Positions 39,572-49,919 of a DNA stretch of 64,000 bases are shown here, piece after piece; positions within the stretch are counted from its first letter, which is position 1; every line of letters starts with the position of its first letter. Below the pieces are notes generated by a model. That model saw nothing but the letters and a program-made list of their open reading frames with translations. It did no database searches and was not told the DNA's origin. This DNA comes from an uncultured Gammaproteobacteria bacterium (GTDB lineage: Bacteria > Patescibacteriota > Patescibacteriia > Magasanikbacterales > GWA2-37-8). Made by a program: the position numbers and the translations under genes. The stretch spans positions 6,200 to 70,199 of the forward strand of contig CAZHYG010000001.1 in the NCBI GenBank assembly GCA_964536615.1, written 5' to 3'.

Positions 39572-40824
39572 AGAGCGGTGCGAATATTTTTTCCGAATGT
39601 ATTTAATTTATTATGCTGTTGCATAATTGATTGAGAGCTTTGTATGCGAAGCAGGTCTGCTCCCGGTTTTGTGTTTTGATAGGAAATTGCCTTGATAAGA
39701 GCAGGGTTTTGCAATCGCAGGCGCGCGTCTGTAATTTTTTTTGTTACACGCTGCACAATTTGCGCGCCATCTGTAATCGTGATTATGCTGTTGTCTTTTG
39801 TTTTTATGTTAAGCAAGGCAGCCAGATGCGCTAAAAATACGGTATTGCCATTTGAGTTTGCGCGTGTTTGCAGCCAAGATTCAAACATGCTTGAAGCGGG
39901 TTGGCGCGCATTTATTTCCAGCAGATGCAGTTCGCCGGTCTTTTGGTTTAAAATAACATCTACGCCAAATAAACCTTTCCAGCCGCGAGCGTGTAATTTT
40001 ACCCCAACCGCACGAACCAATTTTTTATACTGCGCAAATTGTTTTTTGGAAAGTAACATATGCGGTAATGCCCAATCATTGCCGATAGTGCTAAATTGAT
40101 TATCGGTAAATGGTTTCAAGCCGGTAATTTGGTAGCTAATATTGCCTATAATTACACTCTTGTTCCAAATAATATTGTTATTGGTAAAAACCGGTCCGGA
40201 AATAAATTGCACAGCACGCACTGGACGCTTAGGGAATTGTTGTTGCAAACGCGATAAAGCGCGCGCGTTGTTAATAAAAAAAGTGCCGCTGCCAGTATGA
40301 GAATGATTAAATTGTAATATAAACGGTTTTTGTTTCCATTGTACTTTTTCACAGGCTGTAACTTGGTGCGCAGGCATGTATTTTTTTGCTGTCGCGCCAA
40401 GCCAGGTAATCTGTGATATTTTTCCTTCAATCATATCTGCAAGCTGGGCGGCAGGGTTGAGAAGGCGCCATTTTTGCTGTGCGCAAATTTTTTCAATAAG
40501 TGCGTTATTTTTAAATACCAATACAAAATGTTTTGATGGAATTGTGTTGGTTGCCGCTGCCCATTGCAACAGCTCGTCGGTATCCATCGGCTTGTTATTT
40601 TCAACTAGTATGATATTTGAAAATTTCCGTGCCAGATCTGCGGCATAGCTTGTTTTATTGGTAATGATGTAGTAGTTAGCCAGGTCTGTTTCAGGAATAA
40701 ACGCGCGTTCAATATCCCGGCAAACATAAAATAAATGGTATTTTGTTAACCGTTTGGATATCATCTTGCCAAGGGTATTTGAGTTTACCATGGATTTGCT
40801 ATATACTAAGGCGTAATAAGGCAT
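39565..40824 (-). CDS. ATP-grasp domain ligase
   Basis: GSGT loop, QFISG, GLFGVDVI, LLEINAR. Confidence 0.85.
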   Translation of the reverse strand: MPYYALVYSKSMVNSNTLGKMISKRLTKYHLFYVCRDIERAFIPETDLANYYIITNKTSYAADLARKFSNIILVENNKPMDTDELLQWAAATNTIPSKHFVLVFKNNALIEKICAQQKWRLLNPAAQLADMIEGKISQITWLGATAKKYMPAHQVTACEKVQWKQKPFILQFNHSHTGSGTFFINNARALSRLQQQFPKRPVRAVQFISGPVFTNNNIIWNKSVIIGNISYQITGLKPFTDNQFSTIGNDWALPHMLLSKKQFAQYKKLVRAVGVKLHARGWKGLFGVDVILNQKTGELHLLEINARQPASSMFESWLQTRANSNGNTVFLAHLAALLNIKTKDNSIITITDGAQIVQRVTKKITDARLRLQNPALIKAISYQNTKPGADLLRIQSSQSIMQQHNKLNTFGKNIRTALC

Positions 40825-40862
40825 AGTATAGCCTAAAAAGTACTATAAAGCAAGCATAATAT

Positions 40863-41810
40863 ATGGAAGATTTGCAGCCTAAACTTAAAGAATTTGGCGA
40901 TGTAAAAATTAATGAAATAATGGCAAATCACCTCACTTTTAAGATTGGCGGCCCGGCCAGTCTGTTTGTGAATGTCAGTGAAACTGAAAAACTGGTAGAT
41001 CTGTTGAATTTTCTTAAAAATCAGAGTCTGGCGTACTTTGTAATCGCTGGCGGCTCAAATTTGCTTATGAATGACGCTGGCTTTAATGGCTTGGTGATTA
41101 AGGTTGCAACCAATGAGCCTCCAAAAATATCGCAAGCAGGTTCTGGTTTTGAAATTGAAGTTGAGGCTGGGGTGACATTAAGCGCGGTTGTAAACACTGC
41201 TTTTAAAAATAGTTTGGCGGGAATGAGTTGGGCAGTGGGAATTCCTGGGACTTTTGGCGGCGCCATACGAGGTAATGCCGGTGCCATGGGTAAAGAGATC
41301 GTAAACGTGCTTCGCTGGGTGGATGTTTGGAGAAATGGAGAAGTGATGCGCTTAAAACCGGAGGATTGCGCATTTTCATATAGAGACAGTGTTTTTAAGC
41401 ACAACCAAGATGTTATTTTGCGCGGTTGTATATATTTAGAGCCAGGCGACCAGAAAGAAATCATGGAAAATATGCAGGCAAACCTCAAACAGCGAAAGCA
41501 TACACCATTTCCTTCAGCCGGCAGTTTTTTTAAGAATATTAAAATGCATAAATGGACAGGTGATAAAGCTGAATTACCAGAGCTTTTTGTGCAGCGAGGC
41601 ACTGTGCCGGTTGGCTGGCTTACGGAATCGCTCGGGCTTCGAGGTTTTTCTGTAGGAGGCGCAAAAATTGCCGACGAGCACGGTAATTATATTGTAAATT
41701 TTAATCATGCCACTCAAGAGGATGTGCTTAAGTTGGTTGAAGAAATAAAAGCCAAGGTATATAATAGATTTAGTGTGATGCTGGAACCGGAAGTGCAGAT
41801 TGTTCCGTAA
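40863..41810 (+). CDS. murB: UDP-N-acetylenolpyruvoylglucosamine reductase
   Basis: TFKIGGPA, GGSNLL, GIPGTFGGAIRGNAGA, FSYRDS, SAGSFFKN, LEPEV. Confidence 0.97.
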   Translation: MEDLQPKLKEFGDVKINEIMANHLTFKIGGPASLFVNVSETEKLVDLLNFLKNQSLAYFVIAGGSNLLMNDAGFNGLVIKVATNEPPKISQAGSGFEIEVEAGVTLSAVVNTAFKNSLAGMSWAVGIPGTFGGAIRGNAGAMGKEIVNVLRWVDVWRNGEVMRLKPEDCAFSYRDSVFKHNQDVILRGCIYLEPGDQKEIMENMQANLKQRKHTPFPSAGSFFKNIKMHKWTGDKAELPELFVQRGTVPVGWLTESLGLRGFSVGGAKIADEHGNYIVNFNHATQEDVLKLVEEIKAKVYNRFSVMLEPEVQIVP

Positions 41811-41841
41811 ATTATATTATTAATTCTTAACGCATGCGTAT

Positions 41842-42201
41842 ATGGATATTCAAATTACAGGCAGGGGAATAGAATTAACTGAGGCGATAAAAGAATATGC
41901 GGCAAAAAAAGCGAATGCCCTCAACAAATTCTACAACAATCGTATTACGCGCACAGAAGTTATTGTTGGCATTAACCATCGCCATAGCCGCAAAGGTGAT
42001 ATGTTTGTGGCAGAATTTAAGCTTGATGTGCCTGGCAATACAATTTTTGCTTCCAAGCAGGAAGAAAATTTATACAAAGCTATAGATGCGGTGCGAGATT
42101 ATTTGGAATTAGAGCTAAAAAAATATAAATTGAAACAACGCGTCAATGAGAAAGATAAAAAAATTGCTCGTAAAAATAAAGAGTATAGAGTGGAGTTATA
42201 A
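41842..42201 (+). CDS. hpf: Ribosome hibernation factor (HPF/RaiA, short form)
   Basis: IQITGRGIELTEAIKEYA..K, NLYKAID. Confidence 0.92.
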   Translation: MDIQITGRGIELTEAIKEYAAKKANALNKFYNNRITRTEVIVGINHRHSRKGDMFVAEFKLDVPGNTIFASKQEENLYKAIDAVRDYLELELKKYKLKQRVNEKDKKIARKNKEYRVEL

Positions 42202-42436
42202 CGCTCTTACTGTTAGGCAAAAACTATACGTCGGTTCTGCGCTAGTTGGAATTATAATAATACTCATCATTTCCCGGATCAATCATTCTTTAGCTCAGAC
42301 ATGTGCCGAAGTTAATTCGTTTAGAGGCTGTGTGGCAAAGCCGGGTTTTTGTCGCACCAAAACTTTGCCTTGCCCACAAGGCAACTCTTGTCAGTCGGCT
42401 AACATACATAAATGTGTGCCAGTGTATTATTTTTAA
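42146..42436 (+). CDS. Small membrane-anchored 6-Cys protein (start uncertain)
   Basis: TM then six Cys; fills the gap between hpf and the sulfatase gene. Confidence 0.5.
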   Translation: MRKIKKLLVKIKSIEWSYNALTVRQKLYVGSALVGIIIILIISRINHSLAQTCAEVNSFRGCVAKPGFCRTKTLPCPQGNSCQSANIHKCVPVYYF

Positions 42437-44730
42437 TATTTTTGTGTTTTGTGTGGCAGAAATTGCATAATAAATCATTGTGGGGGTGGGGGGAAGTTCA
42501 GGCAATTATAGCGTCTTTTATAATTTCTGCTGGGTGGAATTGGTATCATACGCCATATCGTCCGCATAGCCGTTTTGTGTTTATTTCCATAGCAACATGG
42601 TTAGCGGTGTTGGCCGGCTATTATATCAGCAAACATATATACGGTTTTTTGGTCCGCCGTTTCAATCGCCATGCATTCTGGCGCGAAAACTTCTTTCAGT
42701 CTCTTGATGGGCTTTTTTTTCATCTCTCGCTGTTCTTTTTGGTTTTTTTCTGTCGAAACCAAATTGCCGGGGTGGTATTATTTTTTTTAGCGCTGGCTTT
42801 GTTGTTTCGTAAAACTCAGCAGTATTTAAGCGGGCATCCGCACGCGGCTTGGTGGAAGCGGGTAAACATGTATATGTTTACCTTGGTAACTTTTTTATTT
42901 TCTTTTTTGATAATAGTGCAGTATATCGCATTTCGCACTGCCAATTTTGATGCGTATTTAAAATTTCATAACATTATATTATTTCGAGCTTGGGCAATGA
43001 GCATGTTTTTTATGCTCGGTTTTTCTATTTCAACATTGCTGTTTGCCCTCTGTAAAAAACCATGGCGGTATTTTGCGGTTGCAATATGGGTGCTGTTATT
43101 TTTTAGTCTAGTTCTATTATGGTGTGTCAATATCGCGATCATGTATTTTACCGGGTTATATTTCAACCCGCTCATGATAGAGGTGGCGCGAGGTTCAAGC
43201 AGTGTTATTTTTAACTGGCTAAGCCTTGTTTTAGGATGTGCGGCCTTGTTGGTGATTGTTGGTTTTGGAGTGCTGACAAGTCGCATCTTTTCTACTGTTC
43301 ACACAGATTCGTTTAGGCAATGGGTATACTATTGTCTGCTTATAATTCCAATCGCGCTTGGGTCTTTATTTGGCCTCAGTTCTTTTAAAAATACTCCCGA
43401 GTATGTCATAGTTCGTAATTTTATTGCTTATGCCAGACATACTAACAAAACAGCAGAAATTGACCCGGTCATTTTGCAAAAATTGGAAAGATTCGGTTTG
43501 AGTTACAATACCAGTACTTTTGCGGTGGCGCGCAAAGACGTTATTTTTTCATCTGATCAGAATGCTAAAACCATAACTCCTAATATTATTATAGTTTTTT
43601 TTGAATCTTTCTCCTCAGATTTAACCAGTGTTTACAATAAAGTATTTCCAAACCTCACGCCATATTTGGAAGATATGGCTAATAATTCCACTACATTTGA
43701 ATTCACAAATTTTTTTAACGCTTCCACTCCCACCATCAATGGCATAATTGCCCAGCTTTGCTCGTTTTTGCCTCCGACAGGATATTCAGAAATAGAGGAA
43801 AATAAAAACTTGCAGCGGCTGCGCTTACTGTGTTTGCCGGATATTTTAAAACAACACGGGTATGCTACCAGCTATATTACTGCTGTAAAAAAAGAATTTG
43901 AGAATAAAAATTCTATTTTTAAAAGCATGGATACTGATTATATATATGGACAAGATGAATTGGCAAGCGTAATTTCAGGCGAGCCGCTGTCATGGGGCTA
44001 TTCGGATCACCAGCTTTTTCCTGCTATGTGGAAACTGGTGCAGCAGCAAAAAAAAGAGCCGTTTTTAATGATGCTTTCAACAGTTGACACGCACCCGCCG
44101 TTTGATTTGGCGCGCGATATGGTTAAATATGGCGATGGTAAAAACAACGTACTCAACTCCTACCATACTGCCGATGATGCTTTTGGTATTTGGTGGCAAC
44201 AGTTTACACAAAGTCAATACGCTTCAAATACAATTGTAATAGCTGTGGCTGATCATGCTACATTTCCCGGTGCTGAAATTAAAAAATTATTACCAAACAG
44301 AGCCGGTGATTTAAGCTTTTATGATCGTAATTTGTTTTTAATGTATATACCGCCGGCATTTTTATCTCAGATTGCGCCTTTGCAAAGCATGGAGAATCGC
44401 AAAATTGATACATACGCATCTTCTATAGATGTGGCGCCAACCGTACTGCATTTACTTGGCGTAAACGCCACTACCAGTTTTGAAGGGCATTCTATTTTTG
44501 CTCAACGAAAGCAATTTCCTAACGTGCTCGGCATGCATGAATATGGGTTGTATATCAATCAAGAAACAAAATCTGGGCGAGCTGTGTCATACCAGATTCC
44601 AAGTGAATTGAGCTGCGACTCTAATCATGGTATACTTACTAGTAGTACGCCTCTTACTTTGTGTGAGTACATGCAATTTTATGCGTGGAAAAGAAAAATG
44701 TTTGAGGAAGGGCGGTTTTGGGAGAAATAA
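42412..44730 (+). CDS. LTA synthase/sulfatase family membrane protein
   Basis: Multi-TM N-half; PNIIIVFFES, THPPF, VADH, SSIDVAPTVL. Confidence 0.88.
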   Translation: MCASVLFLIFLCFVWQKLHNKSLWGWGEVQAIIASFIISAGWNWYHTPYRPHSRFVFISIATWLAVLAGYYISKHIYGFLVRRFNRHAFWRENFFQSLDGLFFHLSLFFLVFFCRNQIAGVVLFFLALALLFRKTQQYLSGHPHAAWWKRVNMYMFTLVTFLFSFLIIVQYIAFRTANFDAYLKFHNIILFRAWAMSMFFMLGFSISTLLFALCKKPWRYFAVAIWVLLFFSLVLLWCVNIAIMYFTGLYFNPLMIEVARGSSSVIFNWLSLVLGCAALLVIVGFGVLTSRIFSTVHTDSFRQWVYYCLLIIPIALGSLFGLSSFKNTPEYVIVRNFIAYARHTNKTAEIDPVILQKLERFGLSYNTSTFAVARKDVIFSSDQNAKTITPNIIIVFFESFSSDLTSVYNKVFPNLTPYLEDMANNSTTFEFTNFFNASTPTINGIIAQLCSFLPPTGYSEIEENKNLQRLRLLCLPDILKQHGYATSYITAVKKEFENKNSIFKSMDTDYIYGQDELASVISGEPLSWGYSDHQLFPAMWKLVQQQKKEPFLMMLSTVDTHPPFDLARDMVKYGDGKNNVLNSYHTADDAFGIWWQQFTQSQYASNTIVIAVADHATFPGAEIKKLLPNRAGDLSFYDRNLFLMYIPPAFLSQIAPLQSMENRKIDTYASSIDVAPTVLHLLGVNATTSFEGHSIFAQRKQFPNVLGMHEYGLYINQETKSGRAVSYQIPSELSCDSNHGILTSSTPLTLCEYMQFYAWKRKMFEEGRFWEK

Positions 44731-44742
44731 TTTTTATAAAAT

Positions 44743-45003
44743 ATGACAAAAGAAGGAAATGGAAGAAGCGGGGAAGTAAGAAGAAAAAATTTTAGCAGGG
44801 TCGGCTTTACATTTACGAGAGATAGGTATGGCAACATTACTGAGTTTACAGATAACAATGGCGATGCTTTTCTTTTGGAGCCTGGTGAACAAGTGGTCTT
44901 CACACAAGCGTCAGATGGAAATAGCCGACAAGTTTCTATACGCCTAACATCAGGACAAGAAATACCATTTGAAGAATGGAAGGAAGATAAATTACCAAAT
45001 TAA
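44743..45003 (+). CDS. Hypothetical protein
   Basis: 86 aa ORF with operon-like spacing. Confidence 0.6.
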   Translation: MTKEGNGRSGEVRRKNFSRVGFTFTRDRYGNITEFTDNNGDAFLLEPGEQVVFTQASDGNSRQVSIRLTSGQEIPFEEWKEDKLPN

Positions 45004-45018
45004 TTTAATACTGTTTTT

Positions 45019-45414
45019 ATGTCTTCGTCTGAGCGTGGAGGTGAAGGAGGAAAAGTAGTAGATTTTAAATTTGATGGAAAAAAAACCAAAAGTCCTTTAG
45101 TTGAAAAAAATCCAACTAGTGGAGCAATGGCCGATTTAGCCAGTTTTCGTTTAAAAAAAGAAATTGAAGAGGGTGGAATAGAAATCTTAGTAGAAAAAGC
45201 TCGAGCATTTTTGCGAGAACATCAAAAACCTGCGGATATTTCAGCTACTGCATCTATGATTGATGTCTATACAAAAAAACCATATGAAGCGCTCATTAAA
45301 TCAGTACGTACTTTTTTGATGAATCCTAATGGAATAACAGCTGGTAATATTCTGCAAGTTAAAGCAGTAATGCATGCGTTTATCTTAGAATCAAATAATC
45401 AAAAAAATACTTAA
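45019..45414 (+). CDS. Hypothetical protein
   Basis: 131 aa ORF with operon-like spacing. Confidence 0.65.
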   Translation: MSSSERGGEGGKVVDFKFDGKKTKSPLVEKNPTSGAMADLASFRLKKEIEEGGIEILVEKARAFLREHQKPADISATASMIDVYTKKPYEALIKSVRTFLMNPNGITAGNILQVKAVMHAFILESNNQKNT

Positions 45415-45421
45415 AAATCCC

Positions 45422-47641
45422 ATGTTGAAAAACATGTTACCAAAAAAAATTACAAACAAATTGGAGGTTAGGCAGCGTGTTGTAGAAGGGGAGTATATTC
45501 AGATAAAAGATCGGGGCGCAAAAATGCCCCCAGATATTGATGTTGATAAAATGGAAAAATTTGCTCGCGTTTTGCGAGGCCTTATTTTTGCGTCCGTTGA
45601 AGCAGGGCAATCTGGGCATCCCGGCAGCAGCAGCAAGACAGAGCAATTTTTGGCGCTTACTTTAAGTAATATTCTGGCTTTCAATCCGTTGCTTCCCAAA
45701 AATCCAGGCCGTGATCGGGTTGTTTGGAGTGCAGGACATTGCACACCGCTATTATTTGCCGGCCAAGCTCTCTACTATGAAGTGTTGCGCCGCACTGGTC
45801 GCCAATTTTCCGAAGCAGTTGTTAAACCTGTATTTCCGGAACATCTGATTCGTTTCCGCCATGCGGATGGTCCGCAAGGACACGCTGAATCAAGCTTTCC
45901 TTTCTCCGATGTGACCACCGGTCCCTCAGGGCATGGTTTTTCTGCGGCTGTAGGTTTGGCACTATCGCACCGTGGCGCAGGTTTGGATACAAAAATTTGG
46001 GTATTTATGGGTGATGCGGAAAGCGAAGAGGGTTTAACATATGAAGCACGAAATTTGGCAGCGGCCAATGGGTTAAAAAATTTGATAGTTAGTTTGGATT
46101 ATAATCATTTTGGCATTGATGAAGAAATAGAACAGGTGATTGCTTCGCCATACGCAAATCATTGGCGCGGTTTGGGATGGAATGTTATTGAGGTGGATGG
46201 TCATAACTTGCCCCAACTTATCAACGCATATCACCTGGCCGCTCGTGGGTTTGAAAACAATTCGCCAACCATGGTTTTATGCCACACTCGCAAAGGCAAG
46301 GGTTATGGTTCTCTGGAAAATACGGCTGCTTCTCATGGCACACCGGTTGGACATGAAGAGTATGTGCAGATCATGAAAAAATTAGGTTTTGATATCGCCG
46401 GAAACAAAAATGACGTTATGTCCGACATAGAAGTTGTTTTACAAGAAATAACATCCGAAGATGAAATATATATTGCGCAACAGTTAGAAAAAGGGGCTCA
46501 GAAAATTTCTACGGAACATCAATTGGTTTCCAAAATAAAAACCAGCCTGGCTAAACGCCCAATTATTAATCCGCTACATATTAAGCGTCCGGAAATTTTA
46601 CCACCGGAACTAGTTTTTAAACCAGGAGAAAAAGTAGCCACTCGCACCGCAGCCCAGGCGTGGATGAATTGGTTTATGAAACAGACTGCTTTTTTCTATG
46701 TTGGCGCAGGAGATTTGGCTCGATCTGTATATACCAATACTGCCGAAAATGTATATGGGCTCATTAACCGCCAAAATCCGTATGGCCGCGGCATACGATT
46801 TGGCATTGCCGAGCAGAATATGGCTATGGCCGGTGCGGGTATGACCCAGGATATTTTACCGGGCGGTTTTCAACCAGTTTGCATGTTTGGCACATTTGCC
46901 GTGTTTACCACCATGATGGGTAATGCCATAAGATTAGCCGCAATCGGCAACCAGCTTAACCCGGAACTTAAAGGTTTTTTTATCGCCCTAGCTTCGCACG
47001 ATGGGCCTGAAACCGGAGAAGACGGTCCAACACACCAAGGAATGTATTGGATGTCTTTATATAATGCCTTACCAGGAGTAAAGGTATATAAGCCGCTTGA
47101 TGCTAATGAAACAATTGAGATGCTTTTTGGCGCGTTAGAAAAAGGTGAGCCTATTATTTTATCCGTGTCTCGCCCAGCAGTACCAGTAATAGCACGAGGA
47201 GCAGCGGGTGTTCCTGAAGCCAAAGAAGCAAATAATGGCGCGTATGTTTATAGAAATTTTTCAGGCAAAGGACAGAAAGTTATCTTGGCAGTTTCAGGTT
47301 CCTATCTACTGCACAACACTATGGCAATTGTGCCTGAATTGGAAAAACAAAGGCTGGATATAAAAATTGTTGCCGTTACTTCTCCCGAATTATTTGCAGA
47401 ACTTAGAAAAACAAACCCAGACAAAGCAGCTGCGATTTTTTCTGATGAAGATAGAAAGTCAGCAATCACGCTTCATAATGGCTGGCCCGGATTTTTGCAC
47501 CCATTTTTACTTCCATCACAATACGAAAAAAGAGCCATTGGCATCACTTCATATTTAAAATCCGGCACCGTAGAAGAAGTATATGATCTGGCTCGATTAT
47601 CTCCGCAAGATATTAAAGAGAAAATCCTGCGCGCAATTTAG
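45422..47641 (+). CDS. tkt: Transketolase
   Basis: SGHPG, SAGH, TGPSGHG, GDAE.EEG ThDP motif, VDGHN, FGIAEQNM, GEDGPTHQ. Confidence 0.92.
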   Translation: MLKNMLPKKITNKLEVRQRVVEGEYIQIKDRGAKMPPDIDVDKMEKFARVLRGLIFASVEAGQSGHPGSSSKTEQFLALTLSNILAFNPLLPKNPGRDRVVWSAGHCTPLLFAGQALYYEVLRRTGRQFSEAVVKPVFPEHLIRFRHADGPQGHAESSFPFSDVTTGPSGHGFSAAVGLALSHRGAGLDTKIWVFMGDAESEEGLTYEARNLAAANGLKNLIVSLDYNHFGIDEEIEQVIASPYANHWRGLGWNVIEVDGHNLPQLINAYHLAARGFENNSPTMVLCHTRKGKGYGSLENTAASHGTPVGHEEYVQIMKKLGFDIAGNKNDVMSDIEVVLQEITSEDEIYIAQQLEKGAQKISTEHQLVSKIKTSLAKRPIINPLHIKRPEILPPELVFKPGEKVATRTAAQAWMNWFMKQTAFFYVGAGDLARSVYTNTAENVYGLINRQNPYGRGIRFGIAEQNMAMAGAGMTQDILPGGFQPVCMFGTFAVFTTMMGNAIRLAAIGNQLNPELKGFFIALASHDGPETGEDGPTHQGMYWMSLYNALPGVKVYKPLDANETIEMLFGALEKGEPIILSVSRPAVPVIARGAAGVPEAKEANNGAYVYRNFSGKGQKVILAVSGSYLLHNTMAIVPELEKQRLDIKIVAVTSPELFAELRKTNPDKAAAIFSDEDRKSAITLHNGWPGFLHPFLLPSQYEKRAIGITSYLKSGTVEEVYDLARLSPQDIKEKILRAI

Positions 47642-48045
47642 TTTGTTTTTAACATGCTCGCAACTGCCATCACGGCTTTGTGAGCGCCCGGAAGCAGGCG
47701 AGAAGGAATTTGGCTCGGCAGAATTTCCGGACCCAAGATACCAACACCAATCGGTTTCATATATTCAAGCTCTAGATTTAAAATAGCTTGCATAACGGTA
47801 ATTCCCATGACCATGCCGTGTTTTGTTTCACCTCGTTCAATGATTCCCAAAGTTACCACCGCGTCAATATTTTCTTTTTGCAAAAGCCGTTTCACTGCCA
47901 GCGGTGTTTCGTACGAACCATCCACCCAAACTTCTTCAACCACAGTCAAATCGTTTAAAGAAGCGGTTTTTTTTGCTTCTTCCAGCATGGCAGAAACTTC
48001 TTTTTTATGAAATGATCCGCAAACTATAGCGATGTTTTTTGACAT
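47638..48045 (-). CDS. ribH: 6,7-dimethyl-8-ribityllumazine synthase
   Basis: IAIV.GSF, V.GSYETPL, LG.IERGETKH, KPIG.GILGP. Confidence 0.9.
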   Translation of the reverse strand: MSKNIAIVCGSFHKKEVSAMLEEAKKTASLNDLTVVEEVWVDGSYETPLAVKRLLQKENIDAVVTLGIIERGETKHGMVMGITVMQAILNLELEYMKPIGVGILGPEILPSQIPSRLLPGAHKAVMAVASMLKTN

Positions 48046-48133
48046 AAAATGACAGGTTATATTGATATGTTCAATATTTCTTTCTTATGATATAGTATTT
48101 CCGTAAAATAGCAAGTAATCAGACTCTACACGT

Positions 48134-48715
48134 ATGTCAAATGAAATTATATTTGATATCGAAACTATTGGCGATATCACGGATTTAAGCACAATGGAAA
48201 TCACAGTGGTCTCTATATACGAATACGAACATGATAAATACAGTTCGTATGAAAAACACGAGCTGGGCAAATTGTGGCCTATTTTGGAAAAAAGCAGCCG
48301 TTTAATAGGGTACAACAGCGAACACTTTGATTTGCCGATTTTAAACAAATATTATCCGGGCGACTTAACGGTATTTCCGCATCTAGATTTATTAAAAGCC
48401 ATAAAAGATTCTTTGGGGCGGCGCTTAAAACTTAATGATGTGGCCGAAGCTACACTTGATATTACCAAAAGCGCGGATGGTTTGCAGGCTATGAAATGGT
48501 GGAAAGAAGGCAAAGTTGATGAAATTAAAAAATATTGCGAACAAGATGTAAAAGTTACCAAAGAAGTGTACGAATTTGGCAGAAACAACAAACAATTATT
48601 TTACAAATCGCTGGTTGGTGAAGTGGTGCCATTTGCTGTTAATTTTGATTTGCCTGGCAGCAGCGCTCAAGCATCGCAAGCGAAAAAAAATATAAATTTA
48701 ACCTTGCCATTTTAA
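48134..48715 (+). CDS. RNase H-like DEDD 3'-5' exonuclease
   Basis: FDIET, GYN..HFDLP, YCEQDV. Confidence 0.85.
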   Translation: MSNEIIFDIETIGDITDLSTMEITVVSIYEYEHDKYSSYEKHELGKLWPILEKSSRLIGYNSEHFDLPILNKYYPGDLTVFPHLDLLKAIKDSLGRRLKLNDVAEATLDITKSADGLQAMKWWKEGKVDEIKKYCEQDVKVTKEVYEFGRNNKQLFYKSLVGEVVPFAVNFDLPGSSAQASQAKKNINLTLPF

Positions 48716-48720
48716 ACTAT

Positions 48721-49917
48721 ATGGCTGTTCGTGCTAAAAAAACAGTATATCTTGATCATGCGGCCGCTACCCCAATGGACTCCCGTGTTTTTTTGGCCAT
48801 GAAACCGTTCTTGCAAAACACGTACGGTAATCCTTCTTCACTGCATTCTCAGGGCCAAAATGCTGCCAAAGCGCTTGCAAAACATCGCACGCAAATCGCT
48901 GGTATTCTAGGGGCTAATCCAGATAATATTATTTTTACCGCCAGCGGTACCGAGTCTGATAATTTGGCCATCACGGGCTCAGCATTGGCGCATGCAAAGC
49001 CCAGACATATTGTTTCGACGGCTATAGAGCATCATGCTGTGCTGCACCCTTTGCAACAACTGGAACAAAAAGGCTGGAAGGTAACATATCTTCGTCCACG
49101 CGCTGCCGATGGATTGTTTTCTGCCGAAGATATTATGCGCGCCGTTACACCGGATACAGTTTTAGTTTCTGTAATGTTTGCCAATAACGAAATCGGCAGT
49201 ATAGCGCCTATAGCGGAACTCGGCCGAAAAATTTTGCAATACAGAAAAACACACAATACTATTTACCCGCTGTTTCACACCGATGCCTGCCAAGCGGCAA
49301 GTTTTTATGATCTCTCCGTAGATAAACTGCATGTTGATCTGCTCACTATCAATGGCAGTAAAATATATGGGCCAAAAGGCACTGGCTTGCTGTATGTACG
49401 TCATAAACACCTGCTTAAAGCTGTCATTTTGGGCGGCGGGCAAGAGTTTGATCTTCGTTCAGGCACAGAAAATAGCGCGGGGATCGCCGGTCTAGCGCAA
49501 GCATTGCAGATTTGCCAAAAACAGTCTGCCAAAGACAGCGCTCGTTTACGATCTCTTACCGAATACTTTTGGAAAAATATTCAAAAAAAGATTTCTGGCG
49601 TTTCTCTTACCGGGCCAGCCATAGGCGAACAGCGCTTGCCAAATAATTTACATGTTCATTTTGCGGGCATTGAAGCCGAGGCGCTTTTGTTATATCTCGA
49701 CGCGCGCGGAATAATGGCTTCAATCGGCTCCGCATGCTCCAGCAAAACTATGCAAGCGTCGCATGTGCTGGCTGCGCTTGGAAAAAATTACGAAGAAGCA
49801 AAAGGCAGTATCAGATTTTCTTTAGGCCGAAACAATACAAAATCAAATATAGATTATGTTATGAAGTATTTGCCGGAGATTGTATCGCAGCTGCGCGCCT
49901 TAAACACATTGCAATAA
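48721..49917 (+). CDS. iscS: Cysteine desulfurase (IscS/NifS)
   Basis: YLDHAAATP, TASGTESDN, NNEIG, HTDACQ, KIYGPKG, RSGTEN, GSACSS. Confidence 0.93.
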   Translation: MAVRAKKTVYLDHAAATPMDSRVFLAMKPFLQNTYGNPSSLHSQGQNAAKALAKHRTQIAGILGANPDNIIFTASGTESDNLAITGSALAHAKPRHIVSTAIEHHAVLHPLQQLEQKGWKVTYLRPRAADGLFSAEDIMRAVTPDTVLVSVMFANNEIGSIAPIAELGRKILQYRKTHNTIYPLFHTDACQAASFYDLSVDKLHVDLLTINGSKIYGPKGTGLLYVRHKHLLKAVILGGGQEFDLRSGTENSAGIAGLAQALQICQKQSAKDSARLRSLTEYFWKNIQKKISGVSLTGPAIGEQRLPNNLHVHFAGIEAEALLLYLDARGIMASIGSACSSKTMQASHVLAALGKNYEEAKGSIRFSLGRNNTKSNIDYVMKYLPEIVSQLRALNTLQ

Positions 49918-49919
49918 TT

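Noticed and set aside
49734-49919. Extended start of the ferredoxin ORF (similarly 50161 and 50665)
   Set aside because: The extensions overlap upstream genes or intergenic DNA; downstream ATGs match the family N-termini.
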